A stretch of DNA of 64,000 nucleotides, taken from NCBI GenBank assembly GCA_050952625.1, contig JBMNLH010000001.1, forward strand, positions 288,001 to 352,000, given 5' to 3'. Made by a program: the position numbers and the translations under genes. Below are positions 20,816 through 29,599 of the stretch, piece by piece (within the stretch, counting starts at the first letter, position 1; each line of letters starts with the position of its first letter). The notes under the pieces were generated by a model that did no database searches, had not been told where the DNA came from, and was given only the letters and a program-made list of their open reading frames with translations. The DNA comes from Bacillota bacterium. Lineage in GTDB: Bacteria; Bacillota; Ch66; Ch109.

Positions 20816-20887
20816 TGGGTGAGGTGTGAGGTGTGAGGTGTGAGGCTATCGGTTCGCGTCTAACGTCACATGGGAGCAGGATCAATT

Positions 20888-21604
20888 ATGGATCTAAGTC
20901 ATCAGGTTAGTCGGGCTATTGCCATCAATCGAGATAAACAACTAGAGACAGTGCAGGCCTGCCGGACGGGGGACCACCAACATAAATACCGTTTGGGTAT
21001 TATGGGAGGGACTTTTGATCCGATTCATTATGGCCATTTGGTTACTGCCGAAACAAGTCGGTGGAAGTTTGGCTTGGATAAAGTAGTGTTCATGCCAACC
21101 GGTCAGCCGCCCCATAAACCGGATCGAATCATTTCCGCCGCAGAGCACCGTTACCGGATGAGTTTATTAGCGACTTTTAATAATGCTTATTTTTTGGTTT
21201 CTCGTCTCGAAATTGACCGGCCTGGCTATTCTTATACGATCGATACTGTCAAAGAGATTTTGCGCCAGGTGGGTCCGCACGTTGACCTGTTCTTTATTAC
21301 TGGGGCCGATGCGGTGCTGGAAATTTTAAGTTGGAAAAATGTTCAGGAACTCGTGGAACTATGTACTTTTATTGCGGCTAATCGTCCCGGGTTTGACTTA
21401 AGTGAGCCCAGTCTCAGCGGCCAACAGCCAAAAAGTTTGATTCAGCAAATTAAAACCATTGAGGTTCCTTCGCTGGCCATTTCTTCAACAGAAATACGGC
21501 ACCGAATTATTGCCGGCCATTCGATACGGTATCTGCTTCCAGAATCAGTGGAAGAGTATATTAAACGGCATCAATTATACCGAGACGGTATAAACATTGA
21601 TTGA
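20888..21604 (+). CDS. nadD: Nicotinate-nucleotide adenylyltransferase
   Basis: GGTFDPIHYGH, SYTIDT and ISSTEIR motifs. Confidence 0.95.
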   Translation: MDLSHQVSRAIAINRDKQLETVQACRTGDHQHKYRLGIMGGTFDPIHYGHLVTAETSRWKFGLDKVVFMPTGQPPHKPDRIISAAEHRYRMSLLATFNNAYFLVSRLEIDRPGYSYTIDTVKEILRQVGPHVDLFFITGADAVLEILSWKNVQELVELCTFIAANRPGFDLSEPSLSGQQPKSLIQQIKTIEVPSLAISSTEIRHRIIAGHSIRYLLPESVEEYIKRHQLYRDGINID

Positions 21605-21669
21605 TCGCGCATACTACCTAGTGAAGTTTTCAGTTTAGATTATCAAGTTAAGTTTGCGAGGTGAAGTTT

Positions 21670-21930
21670 TTGGTGAGGACTCTTTATGTAGGAAATCTCC
21701 CCTGGGCGACCCGGGCAGAGGATCTCATTAACGCTTTTTCGACTCATGGTCAGGTAATTAGCGGACGAGTCATTTCTGACCGAGAAACTGGGCGTTCTCG
21801 TGGTTTCGGTTTTGTAGAAGTGGCGGATGAAGACGCTGAACGAATGATCGAAAGCATGAACGGAACTGAGTTGAACGGACGGATTATCACCGTCAATGAG
21901 GCTAAGCCCAAACAACAGGAAATACAATAG
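21670..21930 (+). CDS. RRM (RNP-1) RNA-binding protein
   Basis: RNP-2 LYVGNL and RNP-1 RGFGFVE; start approximate. Confidence 0.92.
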   Translation: MVRTLYVGNLPWATRAEDLINAFSTHGQVISGRVISDRETGRSRGFGFVEVADEDAERMIESMNGTELNGRIITVNEAKPKQQEIQ

Positions 21931-21997
21931 GATAAGCGATTCAGTCAATAGTCAATTAATATCCCATGGTATAAACGGAAACTGAAAAAATATATAG

Positions 21998-22037
21998 AAA
22001 AACCTCCTTCGATCCCCTGAATCGATAGAGGTTTTTT
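21998..22037 (+). terminator. Intrinsic terminator after RRM gene
   Basis: aaaaacctc...gaggtttttt hairpin with a T tail. Confidence 0.6.
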
Positions 22038-22122
22038 CGTTTTCAGAGCAACTCTCTCTTTGTTCCAGTCTAGCCTGCTGACCAGTTAAAACCTGAGCGT
22101 TAGGGTTTTATATTAGTAGATT

Positions 22123-22155
22123 ACCCGGGACGGTTAACCTGTCCCCGTGTCCCAC
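22123..22155. repeat. Short GGGAC/GTCCC palindromic repeat (family D)
   Basis: Matches the reverse complement of 62311-62340. Confidence 0.6.
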
Positions 22156-22293
22156 ACGACTAACTTGTTTTCAAAAAACTGCTTGAGTCAAAGATGAACT
22201 TTAGGTACCATTGAACTGTCCTAAGGCAAGAAACGAGAACTATTATAATTAGAAAGATGGCTCGATCGAGAACCGCTAAAGAGGGATGCTCTA

Positions 22294-22878
22294 GTGAATT
22301 TTGACCAATTGCTGCCCATATTAACCCAAAAACTTCCTCCGCGACGTTTAAGCCATTCTCTAGGCGTTGCCGAGACGGCTGTCGGCTTAGCCAAGCAGTA
22401 TGGAGGCAGAGTTGAGACTGCTAGAATGGCTGGCTTGCTGCACGATTATGCCCGAGACCTGCCCTCCGATACTCTGTTAGAGGTAGCCGAACAAGCTGGT
22501 TTAATTACTTGTTCGGTCGAAAGACTGATGCCGGATTTGTTGCACGGGCCAGTGGCGGCTTGGCTTATACCTCGGGAACTGGGAATTAAGGATTCAGAAG
22601 TATTAAGGGCGATCGCTTTGCACACCTTGGGAGCCGAGGAGATGGCTTTGCTGGACAAAATTATCTACATTGCCGATGCTATTGAGCCGGGCCGGAAATA
22701 TCCGGGAGTGGAATACCTGCGGCAGTTAGTCAAGGTTGACCTTGATCAGGCTTTGCTCGCTGGTTATAATCAAACAATTAAATACTGTCTTGACCGAAAT
22801 TACCTGTTACATCCGCGAACGATCTTGGCGCGAAATACACTCGTGCAGATATTATATTCCAGGGTAAGTTCAGACTAA
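22294..22878 (+). CDS. yqeK: HD-domain Ap4A hydrolase YqeK
   Basis: RRLSHSLGV, GLLHDYAR, LLHGP and IADAIEPGR motifs; nadD-rsfS neighbourhood. Confidence 0.92.
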   Translation: MNFDQLLPILTQKLPPRRLSHSLGVAETAVGLAKQYGGRVETARMAGLLHDYARDLPSDTLLEVAEQAGLITCSVERLMPDLLHGPVAAWLIPRELGIKDSEVLRAIALHTLGAEEMALLDKIIYIADAIEPGRKYPGVEYLRQLVKVDLDQALLAGYNQTIKYCLDRNYLLHPRTILARNTLVQILYSRVSSD

Positions 22879-22946
22879 TTCTGGTTAAAGCCTGGATTTC
22901 GTGGTAAAATATATATAGAAAGTTTAATTTAAAGGAGGAGCCATTA

Positions 22947-23324
22947 TTGAATGATTCCATTCAACTAGTCCAATGGATAGCCGAGGCTGCTGGTGAGCAG
23001 AAGGCTTTTGATCTGGTGACTTTGGATCTGCGTGGGGTATCTTTGATTGCTGATTATTTTGTCATCTGCAGCGGGAGATCAACCGTCCAGGTAAAAGCCA
23101 TCGCCGAACATATTGAGAAATTCCTGGAGGATAAGGGGATCCGGGTTTTGCACAGGGAAGGGAAGCGAGAGGGGCAGTGGCTGCTTTTGGACTATGGCTC
23201 GGTAGTGGTTCACGTGTTTCGGGAAGAAGAACGTCGGTTTTATGGTCTGGAACGCCTGTGGGCTGATGCAAGATTAGTCGAAGATCCTAAAGAGGATAAA
23301 GGGTTGACATTTGTCGGACCGTAA
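22947..23324 (+). CDS. rsfS: Ribosome silencing factor RsfS
   Basis: DYFVICSG and WLLLDYGSVVVHVF...RRFYGLERLW motifs. Confidence 0.95.
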   Translation: MNDSIQLVQWIAEAAGEQKAFDLVTLDLRGVSLIADYFVICSGRSTVQVKAIAEHIEKFLEDKGIRVLHREGKREGQWLLLDYGSVVVHVFREEERRFYGLERLWADARLVEDPKEDKGLTFVGP

Positions 23325-23332
23325 CTTATAAT
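23304..23332 (+). promoter_or_regulatory. Consensus sigma-A promoter driving the T-box/tRNA/leuS transcript
   Basis: TTGACA(23304-23309)-17 bp-TATAAT(23327-23332). Confidence 0.9.
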
Positions 23333-23523
23333 AAACTCCGTCGACAAGATAAAAGCCTTGAACCGGAGTAGTAGACTAGTAGGTTTTCAGCAGAGAGCTG
23401 TTGGTGGGTGAAAAACAGTAAGCCGCTAGCCGAAACTCGCCGGGGAGCTGCGTTGGTGAATGATTAATCAACGACGGATATCCACCGTTATGGGATGTTA
23501 AAGCTGGGTAAAACACATAAAGT

Positions 23524-23598
23524 GGGGCTGTGGCGCAGAGGGAGCGCGCCTCCTTGGCATGGAGGAGGTCACGGGTTCAAGTCCCGTCAGCTCCACCA
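23524..23598 (+). tRNA. tRNA-Ala(GGC), nested inside the T-box
   Basis: Full cloverleaf: acceptor GGGGCTG/CAGCTCC with G3:U70, D arm GCGC/GCGC, anticodon stem CCTCC/GGAGG with GGC at 23556-58, T arm ACGGG-TTCAAGT-CCCGT, encoded ACCA. Confidence 0.97.
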
Positions 23599-23645
23599 TT
23601 TACTATTTAGTGTTTTATCAATGAGGGTGGTACCGCGGGAATGAC

Positions 23646-23680
23646 AACCTCTCGTCCCTTTGAGGATGAGAGGTTTTTTT
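23646..23680 (+). terminator. T-box attenuator terminator
   Basis: aacctctcgtcc/ggatgagaggtt stem plus T7; overlaps the 3' strand of the antiterminator. Confidence 0.92.
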
Positions 23681-23706
23681 GATTTTTCCGGAAGGAGAGA
23701 TGCTCA

Positions 23707-26193
23707 ATGAAGGACCGTTATGTTTTTTCAGAAGTGGAAGCATACTGGCAAAAGAAATGGGCTGACGAGGGTTTTTACCAAGTAACGGAAGATCCCAATA
23801 AGCCAAAGTATTATAACCTGGAAATGTTTCCTTATCCATCGGGCAATCTACATATGGGTCATGTGCGCAACTACGCCATTGGTGATGTAGTAGCCCGATT
23901 TAAGACGATGCAAGGGTACAATGTCTTGCACCCAATGGGCTGGGATGCTTTTGGTCTGCCGGCAGAAAACGCGGCGATCAAAAATCAGACTCATCCCTTT
24001 AAATGGACCGCGTCAAATATCGCTAACATGCGGCGGCAGTTAAAAGAAATGGGAATAAGTTATGACTGGGATCGTGAGATTGCTTCCTGTTACCCGGATT
24101 ATTATCGCTGGACCCAGTGGCTGTTTTTGCGGCTATATGAAAAGGGACTGGCATACCGGAAGGAAGCTGCGGTCAACTGGTGCCCTTCCTGTGCGACGGT
24201 TTTAGCTAATGAGCAAGTTATCGATGGGGCCTGCGAACGCTGTGAGAGCATTGTCGAGAAAAAGAAGCTGGAACAGTGGTTTTTTAAGATTACTGACTAC
24301 GCGGAACGGCTGCTGCGGGATTTAGAGACCCTGCCTGGCTGGCCGGATAAAGTTAAGACTATGCAGACGAACTGGATTGGCCGCAGTGAAGGGGTAGAAT
24401 TTAGTTTTACCGTCGCCAATAGTGACCAGAAAATACCGGTCTTTACTACTCGACACGATACCGTTTTTGGCGTGACATATGTGGTCCTAGCTCCGGAGCA
24501 TCCTTTGGTTGAAGAATTAACCAAGGGGACCGCTTATGAAAAGCCGGTTCAGGAATTCATCAAGCGGATGGCACACATGAACGAGATAACCCGGACCTCC
24601 GCGGAATTAGAAAAAGAGGGGATGCTGATCGGGGCCCAGGCGATCAATCCAATGACAGGCGAAGCGGTCCCGATCTTAATTGCCAACTATGTTTTAATGG
24701 AGTATGGAACGGGTGCCGTTATGGGGGTACCGGCCCATGATGAGCGGGACTTTGAGTTTGCCCGTAAGTATGACCTGCCAATTCGCGTCGTGATTCAACC
24801 GGCTGGTCAGGAATTAAGTGTTGAGACAATGGAGCAGGCTTACACCGGCGAAGGAATTATGGTTAATTCTGGACGTTTCAACGGCCTGCCTAACGAGGAA
24901 GGCAAAAAAGCCATTGCTGATGATATGGAAGCGCGAGGAATCGGCAGCCGGCAGATCAATTACCGGCTGCGGGATTGGCTGATTTCGCGGCAGCGTTATT
25001 GGGGAGCACCGATTCCGATTATTTACTGCGAGCAATGTGGTCCAAAGCCAGTCCCGGATCAGGATCTGCCGGTTATCTTACCGACTGATGTGGAGTTCAA
25101 GGGAGGCGGCGGCAATCCGCTGGTGGAGTCGCCGACCTTTGTCGCGACTGTTTGCCCTGAATGTGGGAGCCCGGCGCGTCGGGAAACTGATACCATGGAT
25201 ACCTTTGTCTGTTCATCCTGGTATTTTATGCGGTTTACCAGTCCCCATTCTGATCAAGCACCCTTTGCTTCAGAGCATGTAGATTACTGGATGAATGTGG
25301 ATCAGTACATCGGGGGAGTAGAACACGCCATTTTACACTTGATGTACGCTCGGTTTTTCACTAAAGTTCTGTATGATTTTGGCTTGGTGAAAGTACAGGA
25401 ACCATTTCAAAATCTCCTGACGCAAGGTATGGTGCTTAAGGATGGAGCAAAAATGTCCAAATCTAAAGGCAATGTGGTTAGTCCAGAGGAGATTATCAGC
25501 ACCTATGGGGCAGATACGGCTCGGTTGTTTATCTTGTTTGCTTCACCGCCGGAGAAAGACTTGGAGTGGAGCGATCAGGGGGTTGAAGGCAGTTATCGTT
25601 TTCTTAACCGGGTCTGGCGTCTGGTTGCCGGTTATGCGGATCAAGTGACCGGGATCGTAGTGCCGAAGCCATTCCCAGCCGTGAGTGGGGCGGAACGGGA
25701 ACTAAGACGCTGGACCCACTACGCCCTGCGTAAGGTCACCCAAGATATTGAAACCCGATTTAACTTTAATACCGCCATCAGTGCCATCATGGAACTGGTC
25801 AACGCTCTCTACCATTACCAGGCCCGGGTTGCTCCAGAGCAACAAGACCTGCAAGTGGTGAAAGAGGGCTTGGAATCTTTAATTTTGCTGCTGGCTCCCT
25901 TTACACCGCACATTGCTGAGGAACTGTGGAGTGCGATCGGACATCCGGACAGCGTTCACCTTCAGTCGTGGCCAATCTATGATGAAGCAGCCCTGGTGGA
26001 GGATGAAGTAACGGTGGTCATCCAGGTGAACGGCCGGGTGCGGGAAAAAGTCCAGGTGCCAGCCGGTTTGACGAGCCAAGCCTTGCAAGAGCAGGTGCTG
26101 GCAATGGAACGGGTTAAAAAACTATACCAGGACAAACAGCTTATCAAAGTAGTAGCTATTCCAGATAAACTGGTTAGCCTAGTGATTAAATGA
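23707..26193 (+). CDS. leuS: Leucine--tRNA ligase
   Basis: [13 protein letters not shown] (HIGH), CP1 editing motif [17 protein letters not shown]. Confidence 0.98.
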   Translation: MKDRYVFSEVEAYWQKKWADEGFYQVTEDPNKPKYYNLEMFPYPSGNLHMGHVRNYAIGDVVARFKTMQGYNVLHPMGWDAFGLPAENAAIKNQTHPFKWTASNIANMRRQLKEMGISYDWDREIASCYPDYYRWTQWLFLRLYEKGLAYRKEAAVNWCPSCATVLANEQVIDGACERCESIVEKKKLEQWFFKITDYAERLLRDLETLPGWPDKVKTMQTNWIGRSEGVEFSFTVANSDQKIPVFTTRHDTVFGVTYVVLAPEHPLVEELTKGTAYEKPVQEFIKRMAHMNEITRTSAELEKEGMLIGAQAINPMTGEAVPILIANYVLMEYGTGAVMGVPAHDERDFEFARKYDLPIRVVIQPAGQELSVETMEQAYTGEGIMVNSGRFNGLPNEEGKKAIADDMEARGIGSRQINYRLRDWLISRQRYWGAPIPIIYCEQCGPKPVPDQDLPVILPTDVEFKGGGGNPLVESPTFVATVCPECGSPARRETDTMDTFVCSSWYFMRFTSPHSDQAPFASEHVDYWMNVDQYIGGVEHAILHLMYARFFTKVLYDFGLVKVQEPFQNLLTQGMVLKDGAKMSKSKGNVVSPEEIISTYGADTARLFILFASPPEKDLEWSDQGVEGSYRFLNRVWRLVAGYADQVTGIVVPKPFPAVSGAERELRRWTHYALRKVTQDIETRFNFNTAISAIMELVNALYHYQARVAPEQQDLQVVKEGLESLILLLAPFTPHIAEELWSAIGHPDSVHLQSWPIYDEAALVEDEVTVVIQVNGRVREKVQVPAGLTSQALQEQVLAMERVKKLYQDKQLIKVVAIPDKLVSLVIK

Positions 26194-26225
26194 GTCAACT
26201 AAATGGGTTATCCATATTTAACATC

Positions 26226-26300
26226 AGACGGAAAGAAGTCTCCCGCCTTTAAGCTGCCTTGCTCGCAAAGCGAGAGCGAAGGCGGGAGATGAATGGTCGT
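26226..26300. repeat. TCTCCCGCCT...AGGCGGGAGATGA hairpin, resembling an IS200/IS605 end remnant
   Basis: Same arms at 59895-59950; no transposase ORF nearby. Confidence 0.5.
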
Positions 26301-26393
26301 TTGTTTCATAATTTCATTTGTTGTACTATACTATTATGATGTATTATGATGATACAATCAGGCTATTGATCCTGATAAACATTTTAGCCAACC

Positions 26394-26425
26394 AGCCTGT
26401 CCTGTTTCGAGGACAGGTTTTTGTT
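26394..26425 (+). terminator. Intrinsic terminator downstream of leuS
   Basis: gcctgtcct/aggacaggt hairpin plus T run. Confidence 0.65.
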
Positions 26426-26586
26426 GTCTAGGATTCAAGTGGGAGTCTTGTTATTCGATGAATCAATTAGCTAAATTTTGGAACAATTATTTATGGGATA
26501 CCGACGACTTGCTTTTACCCATTTAGCATGCTAAGATATTACCAATTTTGGGAGTAGGATTATCAGTAAGGCAGGAGGTCTTATGG

Positions 26587-27225
26587 ATGAGGCATTCACC
26601 AGAGGTAGCCCGTTACGAACAAATAGCCCTGGACATAGCGGGTCGAATTGTTCGAAAAGAATATAAGGAAGGCGACAAACTGTTTGGACGGTCTACCCTG
26701 GCGGGTAAATACAATGTCTCGCCAGAAACGGTCCGACGGGCAGTGGCCTTATTGCAGACAACCGGGATAGTGGATCCGCAACCCGGGCGAGGAATAATTA
26801 TTTGTTCCCGTCAGGCAGCAGAAGTCTTCCTGCGGGAATTTGAGAGCCGCCGGGTATTAGAAGACCTACAGGAACGGATTTCTAATTTGCTGGTCGAAAG
26901 AAGAAAGTTGGATCAAATTCTGGAGGAAGAACTTAACCAACTGGTTAACTTTACTTTTAAGAGCAATTCCAGGCTCCAGCAGATTGAAGAAATCGAGGTG
27001 CCCGATGACTCGGAACTAGTGGGGAAAAGCTTGGAATCTCTTCGCTTTCGAACGATTACTGGGGCCACGGTTTTGGCTTTAGAAAGAGGCGGGGAAGAAA
27101 TTTTTTCACCCGACAGCGGAATACCCATTGAGGCTGGGGACCTTTTGGTTTTCGTAGGAACTCCAGAAGCTAAGGAAAGGGTCCGTAAGTTGTTTGGGGA
27201 AAAATCGACAAAAAAGGACGTTTAA
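26587..27225 (+). CDS. GntR wHTH + RCK_C (TrkA-C) regulator, BusR-like
   Basis: YEQIALDIA...GRSTLAGKYNVSPETVRRAV N-terminus, coiled coil, C-terminal ELVGKSL...GATVLAL...GDLLVF; ATG 26587 after GGAGG. Confidence 0.85.
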   Translation: MRHSPEVARYEQIALDIAGRIVRKEYKEGDKLFGRSTLAGKYNVSPETVRRAVALLQTTGIVDPQPGRGIIICSRQAAEVFLREFESRRVLEDLQERISNLLVERRKLDQILEEELNQLVNFTFKSNSRLQQIEEIEVPDDSELVGKSLESLRFRTITGATVLALERGGEEIFSPDSGIPIEAGDLLVFVGTPEAKERVRKLFGEKSTKKDV

Positions 27226-27238
27226 TTAGGCCTTAGAT

Positions 27239-27266
27239 GCAGGAATTTTGATGTGTTATGTAGAAT
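27239..27266 (+). promoter_or_regulatory. Putative sigma-H promoter upstream of Moco/Wco leader
   Basis: gcAGGAatt...gtaGAAT with 18 nt between AGGA and GAAT. Confidence 0.4.
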
Positions 27267-27434
27267 CTAAACTATGTAGAACAATTGGTTAAAATCAATC
27301 TTATGTAGATTTAATCTTAGATTTAAATCTTATGTATTTTTAATGGAGCATATCCTTTTAATATTTCTTTTAATATTCAGTATTAGAATTTATAATTGAG
27401 GTTAACCAGGAATTAACCGAATTTCAATTGCATA

Positions 27435-27539
27435 AAGTGCTCCGAGCCGGACTGCCCTAAGGTATGAACTATGGCTGTCGGCCGATAGGGTGCATCGGGA
27501 AACGGATGTGCCTCCCTTTTTGGAAAGGAGCCGGTGCTT
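27435..27539 (+). ncRNA. Moco-family riboswitch, apparently the P3-less tungsten (Wco/Tuco) variant
   Basis: CUCCGAG...CCUAAG...UAUGG...AGGGU...GAAAC...GCCUCCC...GGAAAGGAG consensus; only ~4 nt between P2 and P4; upstream of tupABC. Confidence 0.88.
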
Positions 27540-27903
27540 CATCAAGTCAGAGAAGCCCATCTTTCGGTAAACGTCAATAACTGAAAGCAGGCAGATAATT
27601 CAGTTTGTGTTTTGGTGCAGCACTTTTAACAATTCTCGGCAGTTTAGATGTGGGCTGTAATTGGTAACTTTCCAAAAACGGTCCATTTTATTTTGTCCAA
27701 TTTAAATGGATTTAGTTAGAACGGGGATCGGCCCAGCTTTAATCAGATTGGAGGTGGATAACAAACTTGTAGGCTTGTTAGCCACTTATTACTCAACCCT
27801 TGAGCTAGGGAAGTGTACTATATCAATAGGATAAATTAAAGCGGGTAACTAAGTAATATTTAAAATAATTTTTATGTAGACCAAAATTGTCTAACTAAGG
27901 AGA

Positions 27904-28818
27904 GTGAACTCTTTGTTCAAAAAGCAACGTTTTGTCGGGCTTTTAGTCTTGGTTTTAATTTTAGGGCTAATCGCCGGCTGTTCGGGGAGTAATCCAGCAC
28001 CGGCCCCCGATAATACACCCCCACCAGTATCAGAGAAAAAAGACGTTATCTTAGCGTCCACTACCAGCACCCTTGATACCGGCTTGCTTGACGTCTTAAA
28101 GCCAAAGTTTGAAGAGCAGACGGGTTATATTTTGAAACCGATCGGGGTTGGATCTGGCGCAGCCTTGAAGATGGGCGAAAATGGAGAGGCGGATGCCTTG
28201 CTAGTCCATGCCCCGAAGGATGAAGAAAAACTGGTCGAACAAGGGGTTGTGAACAATCGGCAGTTAGTCATGCACAATGATTTCATTTTTGTTGGCCCGG
28301 AAAAGGATCCTGCCGGGATCAAAGGGAATAAATCCGCAGTCGATGCGCTGAAGAAGATTGCCGAAAGCAAGAGCCTCTTTGTCTCGCGGGGAGATGAGTC
28401 CGGCACCCACAAAATGGAGAAAAATCTGTGGACTGAAGCTGGCATCCAGCCAAGCGGCTCCTGGTACCAACAGGCTGCCACTGGTATGGCGGCAACCTTG
28501 AAAATTGCCTCGGAAAAACAAGGCTACACCCTGACCGACCGGGGAACCTATTTGGCACAAAAAGGCAACCTCAGTCTAGTGCCAATGGTCGAAGGAGACA
28601 AGGTATTACTTAACATTTACCACGTGATGCAGGTCAACCCAGACAAGTTTTCCGATGAGATAAAAGCCAGGATGAATCCAGCGGGGGCGAAGGCTTTTGT
28701 CGAATTTATGGTTTCACCGGATGTGCAAAAGATCATTGAGACTTATGGCGTCGATAAATACGGCGAACCACTGTTCTTCCCGGATGCCGGCAAAAACGAA
28801 GCTGATTTGGGGAAGTAG
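27904..28818 (+). CDS. tupA: Tungstate ABC transporter substrate-binding lipoprotein
   Basis: Lipobox IAGC, ASTTSTLDTGLL (TTTS-like), VHAP, HNDF and SRGDESGTH motifs. Confidence 0.9.
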   Translation: MNSLFKKQRFVGLLVLVLILGLIAGCSGSNPAPAPDNTPPPVSEKKDVILASTTSTLDTGLLDVLKPKFEEQTGYILKPIGVGSGAALKMGENGEADALLVHAPKDEEKLVEQGVVNNRQLVMHNDFIFVGPEKDPAGIKGNKSAVDALKKIAESKSLFVSRGDESGTHKMEKNLWTEAGIQPSGSWYQQAATGMAATLKIASEKQGYTLTDRGTYLAQKGNLSLVPMVEGDKVLLNIYHVMQVNPDKFSDEIKARMNPAGAKAFVEFMVSPDVQKIIETYGVDKYGEPLFFPDAGKNEADLGK

Positions 28819-28903
28819 TTTGGCAAATTGGGATAGCTTTTAACTTGAAGGACTATTCATTTGATGTTGTTTACTTAAATTAGACCTGGAGGTTGGAGCC
28901 GGC

Positions 28904-29599
28904 TTGGAGATGATTTACGAGGGTCTGGTTAAGGCCATTGAACTGATGCTCATGCTAGACCCTCAAGTGTTAGAGATTTCCTGGTTAACCTTAAAAGTTT
29001 CTGGAACTGCTACTTTTGTGAGTGTGCTATTAGGAGTCCCCTTGGGAACTTACTTGGCTTTGGCTGATTTTCCTGGTCGCCGGGTTATCGTGAGCATCGT
29101 TAATTTTGGTATGGGTTTGCCGCCAGTGGTAGTTGGCTTATGGGTAAGCATTTTTCTCTGGCGGAGCGGTCCCTTCGGGTCTTTGGGGATAATCTATACC
29201 CCGGCCGCGATGATTATCGCGCAGGCTATCATTGCGGCCCCAGTGGTGACCAGTTTTACTTTAGCCACAATGCAGCAGACTAGTTATAAACTGCGGCTGC
29301 AAATCTTAGCCCTTGGGGCAAATCGGTTTCAATTGCTCTGGTACCTGTTACGTGAAGCTCGCCTTGGGTTGCTTTCCGCGATTATCGCCGGGTTTGGGGC
29401 CGTTGTCTCTGAGGTAGGGGCATCGATGATGGTCGGCGGTAACATTTTAGGCGAGACCAGAGTTTTGACCACGGCAACTGTGATGGAGGTTAATAAGGGC
29501 AATTTTGAACTGGCGATAGCTTTAAGTCTCGTTCTGCTAGGTCTAGCCTACGGTGTAACCCTAATACTGACATTGATCCAGCAGAGGAGAACAGCATGA
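28904..29599 (+). CDS. tupB: Tungstate ABC transporter permease
   Basis: GLPPVVVGL and SEVGASMMVGGNI...TRVLTT motifs. Confidence 0.9.
   Translation: MEMIYEGLVKAIELMLMLDPQVLEISWLTLKVSGTATFVSVLLGVPLGTYLALADFPGRRVIVSIVNFGMGLPPVVVGLWVSIFLWRSGPFGSLGIIYTPAAMIIAQAIIAAPVVTSFTLATMQQTSYKLRLQILALGANRFQLLWYLLREARLGLLSAIIAGFGAVVSEVGASMMVGGNILGETRVLTTATVMEVNKGNFELAIALSLVLLGLAYGVTLILTLIQQRRTA

Larger units (their letters stand above)
23354..23680 (+). ncRNA. Leucine T-box riboswitch (leuS leader)
   Basis: Stem I with AGUA/GAA S-turn, AGAGA (23392-96) and GGUG motifs; specifier CUC (Leu) at 23436-38; Stem II and IIA/B with CCGUUA; T-box AGGGTGGTACCGCG at 23624-37; terminator at 23646-23680. Confidence 0.95.

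Noticed and set aside
23524-23598. tRNA-Ala as an integration (att) site of a genomic island
   Set aside because: No integrase and no duplicated tRNA 3' end seen; both flanks are continuous T-box sequence.
27534-27583. 16-codon uORF after the Moco aptamer
   Set aside because: The GTG is only 3 nt from the GGAG, too close for normal initiation.
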